45,020 nucleotides of DNA from Pseudomonadota bacterium (GCA_027619655.1 JAQCHR010000001.1:1-45020); one strand, 5' to 3'; shown: positions 27,155 through 39,830, counted from the stretch's first letter. Made by a program: numbers and translations. Notes: generated by a model not told the origin, from the letters alone.

Positions 27155-28435
27155 TCAGGCGTCCAGCATGGCCGGCATCGCGAAGCTTGCGCTAATCCGG
27201 TCGTAATCGTCCAGCCCTTCCAGCGGACCGACGGCCGCAATCGTCGGACGGCCGCGAAACACCGTCTCGGCCACCCGCCGGACGGCGGCGGCATCGACCG
27301 CATCGATCTTCGCCACCTGCTCGGCAATCGGGACAATCCGGTCGAAGATGAGAAGCTGCTGCGCCATCTGCTCGCATCGGGTGGAGGTTGATTCCAACGC
27401 CATCAGCGTCGATGCCTTGAGCTGGTTGCGGGCCCGCACCAGTTCGGATTCCTCCAGTGTCCCCGGCAGCCGGCTGATTTCCTCGGCGATGGCCGGGATG
27501 AGCTCGCCGGTCATCTCCGGTCCGGTTCCCGCATAAACCGCCAGCACACCGCAATCGGCATAAAACGCGTTATAGGCGTAAATGGAATAGGCCAGGCCGC
27601 GGTTTTCGCGGATCTCCTGAAACAGCCGCGACGACATGCCGCCGCCAAACAGCGACGTCAGCACGGTGGCCGCATAGAAGTCATCGTCGTGATATCCGGC
27701 AGCGGGAAAGCCCAGCACCAGGTGCAACTGCTCAAGGTCCCGTTCGTGCCGGTATTCGCCGCCGCGGTAGTTGCCCGGCGCGGTTACCCGGCGGGAGGCG
27801 GGCCGGATTCCGCCGAACATGTCCTGCGCCAGCGCCACCACCGCTTCGTGTTCGATATTGCCGGCAACGGCCAGCACCATGGCGTCCGCGCCATAGGTCC
27901 GCTGCATATGTTCCATGATCTCGTCGCGGGTCATCGCCTCGACGATTTCGGGCGGCCCCAGGACCGGGCGGCCAAGCGGTTGATCGGGAAAGGCCGCACT
28001 CTGGAAATAATCGAAGACGATATCGTCAGGCGTATCGTTCGCCTGGCCGATTTCCTGCAGCACGACCGACCGTTCCCGCGCCAGTTCCTGCGGATCGAAG
28101 ACCGAGTTCTGCAGGATATCGGCCAGGATATCGAAGGCGAGCCGCGCATCACCCTTCAGGACCTTGGCGTAATAGGCTGTGTGTTCCCGGCTGGTATAGG
28201 CGTTGATCTGCCCGCCGACATCCTCGATCTCACGGGCGATATCGGCGGCGCTGCGCCGTTCCGTCCCCTTGAAGGCCATATGTTCCAGCAGATGCGCGAC
28301 ACCATTGATCCTGGCGGGTTCATGCCGCGTACCGGCGCCGACCCAGACCCCGGCCGAAACGGTTTCGACGGTCGCCACGGTATCCGTCACAACCCGCAAC
28401 CCGTTGGGCAGGGTCGTCAAACTTACGCTGCTCAT
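27155..28435 (-). CDS. M16 family zinc peptidase (mitochondrial-processing-peptidase-like)
   Basis: 426 aa with the inverted zinc motif HxxEH in GVAHLLEHMAFKGT. Its start overlaps the thrC stop (ATGA). Confidence 0.9.
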   Translation of the reverse strand: MSSVSLTTLPNGLRVVTDTVATVETVSAGVWVGAGTRHEPARINGVAHLLEHMAFKGTERRSAADIAREIEDVGGQINAYTSREHTAYYAKVLKGDARLAFDILADILQNSVFDPQELARERSVVLQEIGQANDTPDDIVFDYFQSAAFPDQPLGRPVLGPPEIVEAMTRDEIMEHMQRTYGADAMVLAVAGNIEHEAVVALAQDMFGGIRPASRRVTAPGNYRGGEYRHERDLEQLHLVLGFPAAGYHDDDFYAATVLTSLFGGGMSSRLFQEIRENRGLAYSIYAYNAFYADCGVLAVYAGTGPEMTGELIPAIAEEISRLPGTLEESELVRARNQLKASTLMALESTSTRCEQMAQQLLIFDRIVPIAEQVAKIDAVDAAAVRRVAETVFRGRPTIAAVGPLEGLDDYDRISASFAMPAMLDA

Positions 28436-29838
28436 GCCGCCTCCGCGATGCCGAGTTGGGCACGCACATATTTCTGTATGACCTGCAGGTTATTCGGCAG
28501 GACCTCGATCCGTTCCGGCCGTTCGCGCAGATCCGCCAGCGCCGGCGGCAGTTCGGGATAAACGCCCGATGCCTCCTTGACGGCATCGGGAAATTTCGCC
28601 GGATGGGCTGTGGCCAATACGACGACAGGCGTCGTCGAATCCTTCCGCCTCGCCCGCGCGGACGCGACGCCGATGGCGCTGTGGGGGTCGAGCAGGTAAT
28701 TGCTGTTGCGGTACGTGTCGCCGATGACGGCTTTCGTCTCGGCCTCGTCCGTCCGGTACCCGTCAAAGGTATCCTGCGCCCGGTGCCACAAATTGCTGCC
28801 AACGGACAGGGTTCCCTTCTCGCGGAACTCCGTCACCGCCGCTTCTGTTGCGCGGCCGTCGCGCCCGTAGAGTTCAAACAGAAAGCGCTCGAAATTGCTC
28901 GATACCTGAATATCTATGCTGGGTGAAATTGTCGGCGTCACGGTGCCCGTGGTCAACGCGCCGCTGTCGAAAAAGCGGGGCAGGATGTCATTGACGTTCG
29001 AGCCGATGATGAACTGGCTGATGGGCAGCCCCATGGCTCTTGCGGCATATCCGGCATAGATATTGCCGAAATTGCCCGTCGGCACGGCAAAGGATACCGC
29101 GCGGTCCGGCGCGCCCAGGGAAACGGCGGCATGGAAATAATAGACGATCTGCGCCACGATCCGCGCCCAGTTGATCGAATTGGCCGCCGAAAGCCGGACA
29201 TCGTCCCGGAAGGTTTCATCATTGAACATCGCCTTCACGATATCCTGGCAATCGTCGAAGGTCCCTTCGACAGCCAGCGCATGGACGTTCTTCGACGTCA
29301 CGGTCGTCATCTGGCGGCGCTGCACCTCCGACACGCGATTATGCGGATACAGGAAGAAGATATCGACCGCGTCCCGGTCGCGGCATGCCTCGATCGCCGC
29401 CGGGCCGGTATCGCCGGATGTCGCACCGACAATGGTCACTCGCTCGCCGCGCTTCGTCAGGACATGGTCGAAGGCGCGGCCCAGGAACTGTATCGCAAAA
29501 TCCTTGAACGCCAGCGTCGGCCCGTGAAACAGCTCCATGACCCACAGGGCCGGTTCAAGCTGCTGCAGCGGCGCCACGGCCTTGTGGCCGAAATCCCGGT
29601 AGCTTTCCGTCAGTATCGTGGACAGGGCCGCGGGTTCGATACATCCGCCCGTAAATGGGCCGATCACCCGGGAAGCCAGTTCCGGATAGGAAAGGCCGCG
29701 CAGGGCGCGAATGTCGTCGGCGCTGAATTGCGGCCAGCTTTGCGGCAGGTATAAACCGCCGTCGCGGGCCAGCCCCGTCAGCAGTACATCGTCAAAACCG
29801 AGTTCGGGCGCGCGCCCGCGTGTACTGATATAGCGCAC
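28432..29838 (-). CDS. thrC: threonine synthase
   Basis: 468 aa from GTG 29838, giving the canonical head (V)RYISTRG, with GAAAGGA upstream. PLP lysine context PTLAFKDFA. Confidence 0.93.
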   Translation of the reverse strand: MRYISTRGRAPELGFDDVLLTGLARDGGLYLPQSWPQFSADDIRALRGLSYPELASRVIGPFTGGCIEPAALSTILTESYRDFGHKAVAPLQQLEPALWVMELFHGPTLAFKDFAIQFLGRAFDHVLTKRGERVTIVGATSGDTGPAAIEACRDRDAVDIFFLYPHNRVSEVQRRQMTTVTSKNVHALAVEGTFDDCQDIVKAMFNDETFRDDVRLSAANSINWARIVAQIVYYFHAAVSLGAPDRAVSFAVPTGNFGNIYAGYAARAMGLPISQFIIGSNVNDILPRFFDSGALTTGTVTPTISPSIDIQVSSNFERFLFELYGRDGRATEAAVTEFREKGTLSVGSNLWHRAQDTFDGYRTDEAETKAVIGDTYRNSNYLLDPHSAIGVASARARRKDSTTPVVVLATAHPAKFPDAVKEASGVYPELPPALADLRERPERIEVLPNNLQVIQKYVRAQLGIAEAA

Positions 29839-29912
29839 CGTAATCCTTTCAGCCTGTCGCAGCGCGCGTAACCTATCCACACGACAGGGCGCAGGCAAGC
29901 ATTCGTCCCCGA

Positions 29913-31448
29913 TCAAGCAGGCAGGTAGCGCGCCCGCAAATGATTTTGAAACGCGGCCGCGTTCAGCGCCTGTCCCGTGGCCTGCTGCAGGATCGCGCTG
30001 GTCGAAAGGAACGAGCCCTTGGCGTGGATATTGGGGCGCAGCCAGGCCATCAGCGGGCCGAAATCACCCTGGCCCAGCGATGGCGCGATGGACGGATCCG
30101 CCTTTTTTGCAGCGTCGAATATCTGCGCAGCGGCCATCGCGCCCAACGTGTAGGTCGGGAAATAGCCCCAGGCGCCGTCATACCAGTGAATATCCTGCAG
30201 GCAGCCGAGGCGGTCATCGGGCGGGGTTACGCCCAGCAGGTCCCGCAACCCGTCATTCCACGCGCCGGGCAGTTCGGGCAGCGCAAGGTCGCCATGGAGC
30301 ATCGCGCGTTCCAGCCGGTATCGCAGGATGACATGCGCGGGATAGGTTACTTCATCCGCATCGACGCGGATAAATCCGGGGTCGACGCGGATCGCCAGCC
30401 TGGCAAGGTTTTCCGAGCCCCATGCCGGACCCGCCCCGTCAAAGGCATCCCGGATCACGGGGGCCGCCCAGGCCATGAATTCCGCCGACCGGCAGACCTG
30501 CATCTCGACCAGCAGGGACTGGCTTTCATGGATCGTCATGCCGCGCGCATCGCCAACCGGCTGGTAGCGCCACGCGGCCGGGCGGCCGCGCTCGTACATC
30601 GCATGGCCGGTTTCGTGCAGCACGCCCATCAACGCCTGGGTAAAATCGGCTTCGTCGTAACGGGTGGTGATCCGGCTGTCCTCGGGAATGCCGGCGGAGA
30701 AGGGGTGCAGACTTTCATCGAGCCGCGCCGATTCGAAATCGAGTCCCACCGTTTCCGCCATGTGGTGCACAAGGGTCCGCTGCCGTTCAATCGGGAACGG
30801 GCCCGGTGGCAGTTCCGGTTCGGGGAGCGATTTCTGCCGCGCCAGGACGTCATCCAGGAAATCCGGCAGAAAGGCGGCGTAGGCGTCGAATACAGGATCG
30901 ATTTCGGCACTTCGCCCATCGGGTTCGAAGGCGTCGAGCAGCGCATCATACAGACCGACGCCAAATGCGGAAGAAAGCGCCTCACCCTTGCGGCAGGTCA
31001 GCGAAAGCACTTCGGTCAGGGCGGGCAAAACGGCAGCGAAATTTGCATCCAGCCGTGCGGTCCGCCAGATCGTTTCGCAGTTGCTCGTCGCCGTCGACAA
31101 GGCCTCGACCAGGTCGGATGGCAGGGCGGCGGCATGGGCATGGTCCCGGCGCATTTCGCGCAGATTGGCCGCCTGCCAGGCATCCAGGCCATCGGCCTGC
31201 GACGCCGCCCGGGCGAGCAGGTCATCCATCGCCGGGTCCGTCAACGCGCTATGCCGGATCACCGCCAGCGCCGCGATCTGCTCTCCGCGCGGCCCTGCGC
31301 CGCCGGGCGGCATCATTACCGACTGGTCCCAATGCAGCTGGTTCAGGGCGTTACCGACCAGGGCAATGCGGCGGAACCGGTTTTCCAGTTCGCGATATGC
31401 CGCCGGTGCAGCGGCGTTGTCAGCGCGGCTTGCGGTGGTAGACGACAT
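29913..31448 (-). CDS. M32 family carboxypeptidase (Taq-type)
   Basis: 511 aa. HExxH in LHETGHAMYE, plus the family blocks HESQS and IHWYDGAWGYFPTYTLG. Confidence 0.9.
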   Translation of the reverse strand: MSSTTASRADNAAAPAAYRELENRFRRIALVGNALNQLHWDQSVMMPPGGAGPRGEQIAALAVIRHSALTDPAMDDLLARAASQADGLDAWQAANLREMRRDHAHAAALPSDLVEALSTATSNCETIWRTARLDANFAAVLPALTEVLSLTCRKGEALSSAFGVGLYDALLDAFEPDGRSAEIDPVFDAYAAFLPDFLDDVLARQKSLPEPELPPGPFPIERQRTLVHHMAETVGLDFESARLDESLHPFSAGIPEDSRITTRYDEADFTQALMGVLHETGHAMYERGRPAAWRYQPVGDARGMTIHESQSLLVEMQVCRSAEFMAWAAPVIRDAFDGAGPAWGSENLARLAIRVDPGFIRVDADEVTYPAHVILRYRLERAMLHGDLALPELPGAWNDGLRDLLGVTPPDDRLGCLQDIHWYDGAWGYFPTYTLGAMAAAQIFDAAKKADPSIAPSLGQGDFGPLMAWLRPNIHAKGSFLSTSAILQQATGQALNAAAFQNHLRARYLPA

Positions 31449-32118
31449 AGATCACCAGCAATGCCATGGCCATGAACAACCAGGTCAGGGCGTATTCCAG
31501 ATGGTTATTGGGCAGGTTGATGCGCCATTGCCGGCCGACAGGGAAGCCGCCGGGCACATCCGTATTGCCCGAAACAATATAATACGGCGGCAAGGCGTCC
31601 AGGCCCGCGGCCTGCGCCATTGCCTTGGAATCTACGAAAAACCAGACATTTTTTTTGGGGTCATTGTCGGGAATAAAATTGCCCTGGCCCTTGTCCAGCC
31701 GGATGATCCCTTCAACGGTCACCGCGCCCGCAAGCTGACCCGGTTCCCGCGTCGATGCATCAAGCCGGTCGCCGGGCACCCAGCCGCGGTTTATCAATTC
31801 AATACCGCTGCCGTCGGCGCGACGCAGCGGCGTAAAGATATGCACGCCGGGGTTTCCGCGCAGTGATCGCGCAACCAGATGGAATTCCTTGTCGTGCAGG
31901 TAGGTCCCTGCCACACGCACCCGCTGGAATTCCAGCGCTTCGGTTATCGCCCCAGCCGGCGGCAGGTCTATCGCCGCCGATTCCGCGCGGGTATCCAGTT
32001 TTTCAATCAGGTCGGCCTTCCAGCCATACCGGTTGAATTGCCAGATGCTGAGCCCGATCAGGGCGATCAGCATCGGCACTGTCACCACGGTGGGCCAGAA
32101 CTGCGGGCGAAATCGCAT
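31420..32118 (-). CDS. surf1: SURF1 family cytochrome oxidase biogenesis protein
   Basis: 232 aa with N- and C-terminal TM helices and a conserved head (RPQFWPTVVTVPMLIALIGLSIWQ..R..WK). Sits at the usual end of the cta cluster. Confidence 0.85.
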   Translation of the reverse strand: MRFRPQFWPTVVTVPMLIALIGLSIWQFNRYGWKADLIEKLDTRAESAAIDLPPAGAITEALEFQRVRVAGTYLHDKEFHLVARSLRGNPGVHIFTPLRRADGSGIELINRGWVPGDRLDASTREPGQLAGAVTVEGIIRLDKGQGNFIPDNDPKKNVWFFVDSKAMAQAAGLDALPPYYIVSGNTDVPGGFPVGRQWRINLPNNHLEYALTWLFMAMALLVIYVVYHRKPR

Positions 32119-32136
32119 GAATTTCCGGTCTCGTCT

Positions 32137-32514
32137 CTAGTCGAATGTCGCGCTGCCGGCTTCACCGGATTTGTGCCGGTATTGCAGCGCGATCATCGTT
32201 GCCTTGAACGGCCGCAGCAACAGCATCGAACCGCCGCAGATAGCCGGTATCCACAACAGGGCATGAACCCATAGCGGCGGTTCGAACGCGGCTTCGACCC
32301 AGAGCGCAAGTCCGGTGACAATCGGCCCGACGATAAAGATCACGAACACTGCCGGGCCATCGCCGCTATCGGACGCTTTCAGGTCCAGTTCGCAGTGACT
32401 GCACTTATCCGCAACCGTCAGATAGCCGCGAAACAACCGTCCAACGCCGCATCGCGGGCACCGGCACCGAAGGCCGGCCGCGAAGGGCGAAACTGGCGGG
32501 TAGGATTCGGCCAT
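32137..32514 (-). CDS. DUF983 domain-containing membrane protein
   Basis: 125 aa from ATG 32514. Zinc-ribbon-like CRCPRCGVGRLF..CSHCE followed by two TM helices. This is the usual partner between ctaE and surf1. Confidence 0.8.
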   Translation of the reverse strand: MAESYPPVSPFAAGLRCRCPRCGVGRLFRGYLTVADKCSHCELDLKASDSGDGPAVFVIFIVGPIVTGLALWVEAAFEPPLWVHALLWIPAICGGSMLLLRPFKATMIALQYRHKSGEAGSATFD

Positions 32515-32524
32515 CAGGTACCGA

Positions 32525-33370
32525 TCAGCCGCCCCACCAGTAAACGCAGATGAAGAGGAACAGCCAGACCACGTCAACAAAGTGCCAGTACCAGGCTGCG
32601 GCCTCGAAACCGAAATGATGTTCCGGCTTGAAATGCCCGGCGCGGGCCCGGAAGAAACAGACGGTCAGGAAGCAGGTGCCGACAATGACATGGAAACCGT
32701 GAAACCCTGTCGCCATGTAGAAGGTGGAACCGTAGACGCCGCTTGTGATGCCGAATGCCGCATGGCTGTATTCAAACGCCTGCAGGCAGGTAAACGCGAA
32801 GCCGAGCAGGATCGTCAGGCCAAGCCCACGCATCAGGCCGCGGCGGTCCCCTTCGATCAGGGCATGATGCGCCCAGGTGACTGTCACGCCGGACAGCAGC
32901 AGGATCAGCGTATTCATGAACGGCAGATCGAACGCATCGAAGGTCTGTATGCCCTCGGGTGGCCAGACGCCGCCAGGCACGTCATACGGCATTTCCTTCG
33001 GCGCCAGCGACGCATCGAAGAACGCCCAGAAGAACGCGGCGAAGAACATGACTTCGGAGCAGATGAACAGCGCCATGCCATACCGCATGCCAAGCTGCAC
33101 CACCGGCTTGTGATAACCTTCGAATTCGGCTTCACGAATGACGTCGCGCCACCAGAACCAGCCCGTCAGGAACAGGAGAACCACCCCGGGTGCTAATTTC
33201 CAGAGACCCAGCGCCTCAATCTTCGGCTCCATATCCGAACCGAACATATCGGGGTGCATGAACACGATCAGCCCGCAGAACAGGCTGGCCGCCGCTATGG
33301 TACCGACGATCGGCCAGGGGCTTGGATCGACGAGGTGATAGTCATGGGTTTGTGCGTGTTCAGCGCTCAT
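32525..33370 (-). CDS. ctaE: cytochrome c oxidase subunit III
   Basis: 281 aa from ATG 33370 (MSAEHAQTHDYHLVDPSPWP). Seven-helix subunit III pattern. Confidence 0.95.
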   Translation of the reverse strand: MSAEHAQTHDYHLVDPSPWPIVGTIAAASLFCGLIVFMHPDMFGSDMEPKIEALGLWKLAPGVVLLFLTGWFWWRDVIREAEFEGYHKPVVQLGMRYGMALFICSEVMFFAAFFWAFFDASLAPKEMPYDVPGGVWPPEGIQTFDAFDLPFMNTLILLLSGVTVTWAHHALIEGDRRGLMRGLGLTILLGFAFTCLQAFEYSHAAFGITSGVYGSTFYMATGFHGFHVIVGTCFLTVCFFRARAGHFKPEHHFGFEAAAWYWHFVDVVWLFLFICVYWWGG

Positions 33371-33401
33371 ATCCGTTCTCACTCGCTCTGTGTTCTGTTC
33401 A

Positions 33402-34007
33402 TCAATGAATCTCGGCCGGCTTCGTCGCATTCTGCTTCACGTACGCCGTCTTGTCAGCGGCATCCTTTCCGTCCGATTCGGCGCGGAAAAACGTGTAGGA
33501 CAACGTAATTGTCTTCACTTCGTCGAGATTCGGATCGGATTCCATTTCCGGATCGACGAAAAAGGTTACGGGCATGTCGACCGATTGTCCCGGATCAAGC
33601 TGCTGTTCAGTAAAGCAGAAGCAATCGATCTTGGCGAAATACAGGCCCGCCTTCTGCGGCGTCACGTTAAAGGTAGCGGTGCCCGTATTGACGGAAGATT
33701 CCAGATTGGTCGCCCGATAATAGGCGACAGCCGTTTGGCCCAGCCGCAGCGTCATTTCCCGCTGTACGGGCTCGAATCGCCAGCCGAGATGCGGGTTCGT
33801 CGATGCGTCGAAGCGCACGCGGATAACGCGATCCGAAACCGTTGCGCTATCGCTGGCCGCCACCTGGGTCGTCCCGCCATAGCCGGTGACCCGGCAGAAC
33901 AAGTCGTAGAGCGGCACGGATGCGAAGGACAGTCCCACCATGCCCGCGACAACGGCGACGCAAGCGATCAGGGTTTTCCGGTTCCGGTTTCTGGCGGCAG
34001 TCTCCAT
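33402..34007 (-). CDS. ctaG: cytochrome c oxidase assembly protein CtaG/Cox11
   Basis: 201 aa from ATG 34007. One TM anchor and the copper-binding CFCF motif (KIDCFCFTEQ). Confidence 0.9.
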   Translation of the reverse strand: METAARNRNRKTLIACVAVVAGMVGLSFASVPLYDLFCRVTGYGGTTQVAASDSATVSDRVIRVRFDASTNPHLGWRFEPVQREMTLRLGQTAVAYYRATNLESSVNTGTATFNVTPQKAGLYFAKIDCFCFTEQQLDPGQSVDMPVTFFVDPEMESDPNLDEVKTITLSYTFFRAESDGKDAADKTAYVKQNATKPAEIH

Positions 34008-34011
34008 TGCC

Positions 34012-34185
34012 TCACCCACCGCCCATGCGGACAATCGTGACGATATAAAACAGCAGGGCAAGACCGCCGAGCACGAACAGCATCGTCAGGTTCTTGGACC
34101 GTTGCCGGCGGCGCCTTTCGTTTTGCGCCTCGTCTTTGCCGTTTTCGTCAGCCATGGTATCGGTCGCATCCGCCTTTGCAGCCAT
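34012..34185 (-). CDS. small single-pass membrane protein inside the cta operon
   Basis: 57-aa ORF (47 aa if the start is at 34155): MAAKADATDTMADENGKDEAQNERRRRQRSKNLTMLFVLGGLALLFYIVTIVRMGGG. It starts 6 nt after the ctaB stop and ends 4 nt before the ctaG ATG. Below the 60-aa track cut-off, with no strong SD. Confidence 0.45.
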   Translation of the reverse strand: MAAKADATDTMADENGKDEAQNERRRRQRSKNLTMLFVLGGLALLFYIVTIVRMGGG

Positions 34186-34191
34186 CGGACA

Positions 34192-35100
34192 TCACCCGGC
34201 CAATCCGGACGGCACGTCGGCCATCATCGTTGCAAACAGGGCAAACAGATAAAAAATTGAATAGCCGAACATCCGCTTTGCGGACCGGTGCGTCTTGTCG
34301 AAATACACGGCAATCGCCGCCGCAAGGAAAATCAGCCCCAGCACCACGGCGACACTGCCATACAGCCAGCCCACCACCCCGAACCATGTTGGCGCGACGG
34401 CGATTGGCAGCAGCAGTATCGTATAAAACAGCATCTGCTTTTTGGTTTCGGCTTCGCCGGCGACAACGGGCAGCATCGGGATGCCGGCCTTTTCGTAATC
34501 GCCGCGCCGGTACAGCGCCAGCGCCCAGAAATGCGGCGGCGTCCAGAAGAAGATCAGCGCGAATAGCAAGGCCGATTCGATGCCGACCGAACCCGTTACC
34601 GCCGCCCATCCGATCATCGGGGGAAACGCCCCGGCGGCGCCGCCGATGACAATGTTCTGCGGCGTGCGGCGCTTCAGCCAGACCGTGTAGATAAAAACGT
34701 AAAACAGGATCGACACGGCCAGCAGGCCGGCGGCGGCGTAATTCACCGCCAGCCCCATGACCGTTACCGAGCCGACCGCCAGGACGGTGCCGAAGCCCAG
34801 GGCGTCACCGGGCGTAATCTTTCCCATCGGGATCGGCCGGTTGCTGGTGCGCGCCATGATCGCGTCGATGTCACGGTCATACCACATGTTGATCGCGCCG
34901 GCCGCGCCGGCCCCGACAGCAATGCAGAGCAGGGCCACCAAGGCGATCAGCGGGTGGATCGTCCCGGGCGCAACCAGGATCCCGGTTGCGCCGGTGAAGA
35001 CGACGAGCGACACCACACGCGGTTTGAGCAGGGCGAAATAATCACCCGGCGCAGCATCTGCGTGTTCCAGTGCCACCGTACGGAATGCGGCGTCGCTCAC
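34192..35100 (-). CDS. ctaB: protoheme IX farnesyltransferase (heme O synthase)
   Basis: 302 aa, a UbiA-family polytopic protein (YFALLKPRVVSLVVFTG.., NMWYDRDIDAIMARTSNRP). Confidence 0.95.
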   Translation of the reverse strand: MSDAAFRTVALEHADAAPGDYFALLKPRVVSLVVFTGATGILVAPGTIHPLIALVALLCIAVGAGAAGAINMWYDRDIDAIMARTSNRPIPMGKITPGDALGFGTVLAVGSVTVMGLAVNYAAAGLLAVSILFYVFIYTVWLKRRTPQNIVIGGAAGAFPPMIGWAAVTGSVGIESALLFALIFFWTPPHFWALALYRRGDYEKAGIPMLPVVAGEAETKKQMLFYTILLLPIAVAPTWFGVVGWLYGSVAVVLGLIFLAAAIAVYFDKTHRSAKRMFGYSIFYLFALFATMMADVPSGLAG

Positions 35101-35127
35101 CCTGTTTGCCTCCCTGAATCCCGACCG

Positions 35128-36729
<1,602 letters not shown>

Positions 36730-36738
36730 CTAAACACT

Positions 36739-37596
36739 TCAGTCTGCGACATTATTTTGTGCAATCCGGACAGCAGGTGCCGTCCCGTCATCCGACCTGG
36801 CAAATTTTACCTTCGCCTCTTCGACCCATTTGTCGAAATCCTCGGGCGAAACCACCTCGATGGTGATGGGCATAAAGGCATGGGCGACGCCACACAGCTC
36901 GGAACAGAAACCATAATAGACACCGGGTTCATTGACCTGGACCCAGGTTTCGTTCAGCCGGCCCGGAACCGAATCCACCTTCACGCCAAGCGAAGCAATG
37001 CCCCAGTTGTGAATGACATCAGCGGACGTCATCAGAAGCTGAATCTTCTTGCCCGCAGGCAGAATGACCCGGTTGTCCGTATCCATCAGCCGCTTCAGCT
37101 GCGGGTTTTTCGCAATATCGTCATCGGAAACCATATTGGCGTCGAAACCGAAACCGCCATGGTCCGGATATTCGTAAGACCAGTACCACTGATGGCCCGT
37201 GATTTTCAGCGTCATGTCCGGGTCTTCGACCCGGTCCGCATAGTAAAGCAGGCTGAACGACGGGATCGCCATCAGGACCAGAATAATCACCGGCACAATC
37301 GTCCAGGCAATTTCCAGCACCACATTGTGGGTCGTTTTCGTCGGCGTCGGGTTGGCTTTTTCGTTGAACCTGAAAATGACGATCAGCAGCAGGACCATGA
37401 CGAAGAGTGAAATGCCCGCCATCATCCAGGTCAGCACGTCATGGAAACTGTCAATGCGGGCCGCCGTCAGCGAGCCGGGATCCTGCAGTCCCAATTGCCA
37501 ATTCCGCGGCTCGCCTGCAAACGCAACACTGCCAGACAGCGCAGTGCCCACCGCACCGACAAAAGCCGCCGCAAACGCGGCAAGTCGTGATTTCAC
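36739..37596 (-). CDS. ctaC: cytochrome c oxidase subunit II
   Basis: CuA site CSELCGVAHAFMP. Start placed at GTG 37596 because GGAGGGAG lies 5 nt upstream. The maximal ORF begins at ATG 37611, inside that SD. Confidence 0.93.
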   Translation of the reverse strand: MKSRLAAFAAAFVGAVGTALSGSVAFAGEPRNWQLGLQDPGSLTAARIDSFHDVLTWMMAGISLFVMVLLLIVIFRFNEKANPTPTKTTHNVVLEIAWTIVPVIILVLMAIPSFSLLYYADRVEDPDMTLKITGHQWYWSYEYPDHGGFGFDANMVSDDDIAKNPQLKRLMDTDNRVILPAGKKIQLLMTSADVIHNWGIASLGVKVDSVPGRLNETWVQVNEPGVYYGFCSELCGVAHAFMPITIEVVSPEDFDKWVEEAKVKFARSDDGTAPAVRIAQNNVAD

Positions 37597-37655
37597 GATT
37601 GCTCCCTCCATACCAAACGGAAACTCCCCAGCCCCGATATCAAGCCAATACCTGA

Positions 37656-37667
37656 CCTGTATACAGG
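37656..37667. promoter_or_regulatory. 12-bp perfect palindrome upstream of ctaC
   Basis: CCTGTATACAGG lies 60-71 nt upstream of the GTG start at 37596. It is a candidate operator; I cannot assign a regulator. Confidence 0.3.
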
Positions 37668-37911
37668 ATCCCTTCGACTGTGGCGCATACTAGCCGGCCA
37701 CGACACCATATCAAGCGCTACAACGCTGCCGAACCAAGCGGGCGATCCTGCCGATCAAAATATGCCGCACTATCTACCGCATTCACGCTGCATCAAGTAG
37801 TCAGCGCGACACTATGCCGCAAAATCGTAACGATTCCTTACCGTGCCGCCAGCCAAGCCAGTGAAGTATAGATACAACCTGCGGAAATTGCAGCAAACAC
37901 TATCGCAATAC

Positions 37912-38768
37912 TTATCCCAATACATCATTCGCGGGTGCCTCGCATACGAGGCAACGCACTCTGCCGCCCAGATCCGCCCTGCGGCCTGACACAGCCATTC
38001 CGGCTTCAGCCGCCTGCCGGGCGACGGCATCGCCCTGACCCGCGCCAAATTCCAGTACGGCAAAGCCGCCGGATTTCAACAGCATAGGCAATTCCGTAAA
38101 AATTTGCCGATAGGCACAAAGCCCGTCCGGCCCGCCATCGAGCGCGAGGCGCGGCTCCCAGACGGCAACTTCGGGTTCCAGGCTGTCGATGTGGCTGCTG
38201 GGAATATAGGGCGGGTTGGAAACGACGATATCAAATCCGCCGGCTAGCGAATTCCCCCAATTTCCGGCCAGTACGGCGAATCGATCGTCGAAACCCAGTG
38301 TCGCCAGATTGCGCGCGGCAACCGCCGCCGTTACCGGATTCCGATCGACAGCGATGCCGTGTGCGCCGGGCAGAAGGGACAGCAGCGCGCCGAGCAGACA
38401 GCCGGTCCCGGTGCCGAGATCGGCAATCCGCAACGGCGCCTCGCGATCCGCGACCCGTTCCATGACCGCTTCGATCAGGGTTTCGGAATCGGCCCTTGGG
38501 TCCAGCGTATCGCGCGTGACGGCGAAATCCAGGCTCCAGAACTCACGCCGGCCGGTGATATGCGACAGCGGTTCATGCGCCGCGCGGCGTTCGACCAGTT
38601 GCAGGTACGCCGGCTCGCCGTCGATCTGGCGCTCCGGATAGCCGATCAGCGTTTCCAGCGGAAAACCGGTCGCATGGGCCAGCAGCAGCCGCGCTTCGGC
38701 CCGGGAATTCGGGATGCCGGCAGCGGTCAGCCGCGCCGCGCCGCGCATCAGACTGGCGCGGATGTCCG

Positions 38769-38772
<4 letters not shown>
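37912..38772 (-). CDS. prmC: release factor glutamine N5-methyltransferase
   Basis: 286 aa. SAM motif DLGTGTG and catalytic NPPY (VVSNPPYIP). The start overlaps the prfA stop by 4 nt. Confidence 0.9.

Positions 38773-39830
<1,058 letters not shown>

Noticed and set aside
29940-31475. A 511-aa plus-strand ORF that mirrors the 511-aa minus-strand ORF almost exactly.
   Set aside because: The minus-strand product carries the M32 motifs (HETGHAMYE, IHWYDGAWGYFPTY). The plus-strand product is low-complexity Arg/Gly-rich. The equal length is a coincidence of shadow framing.
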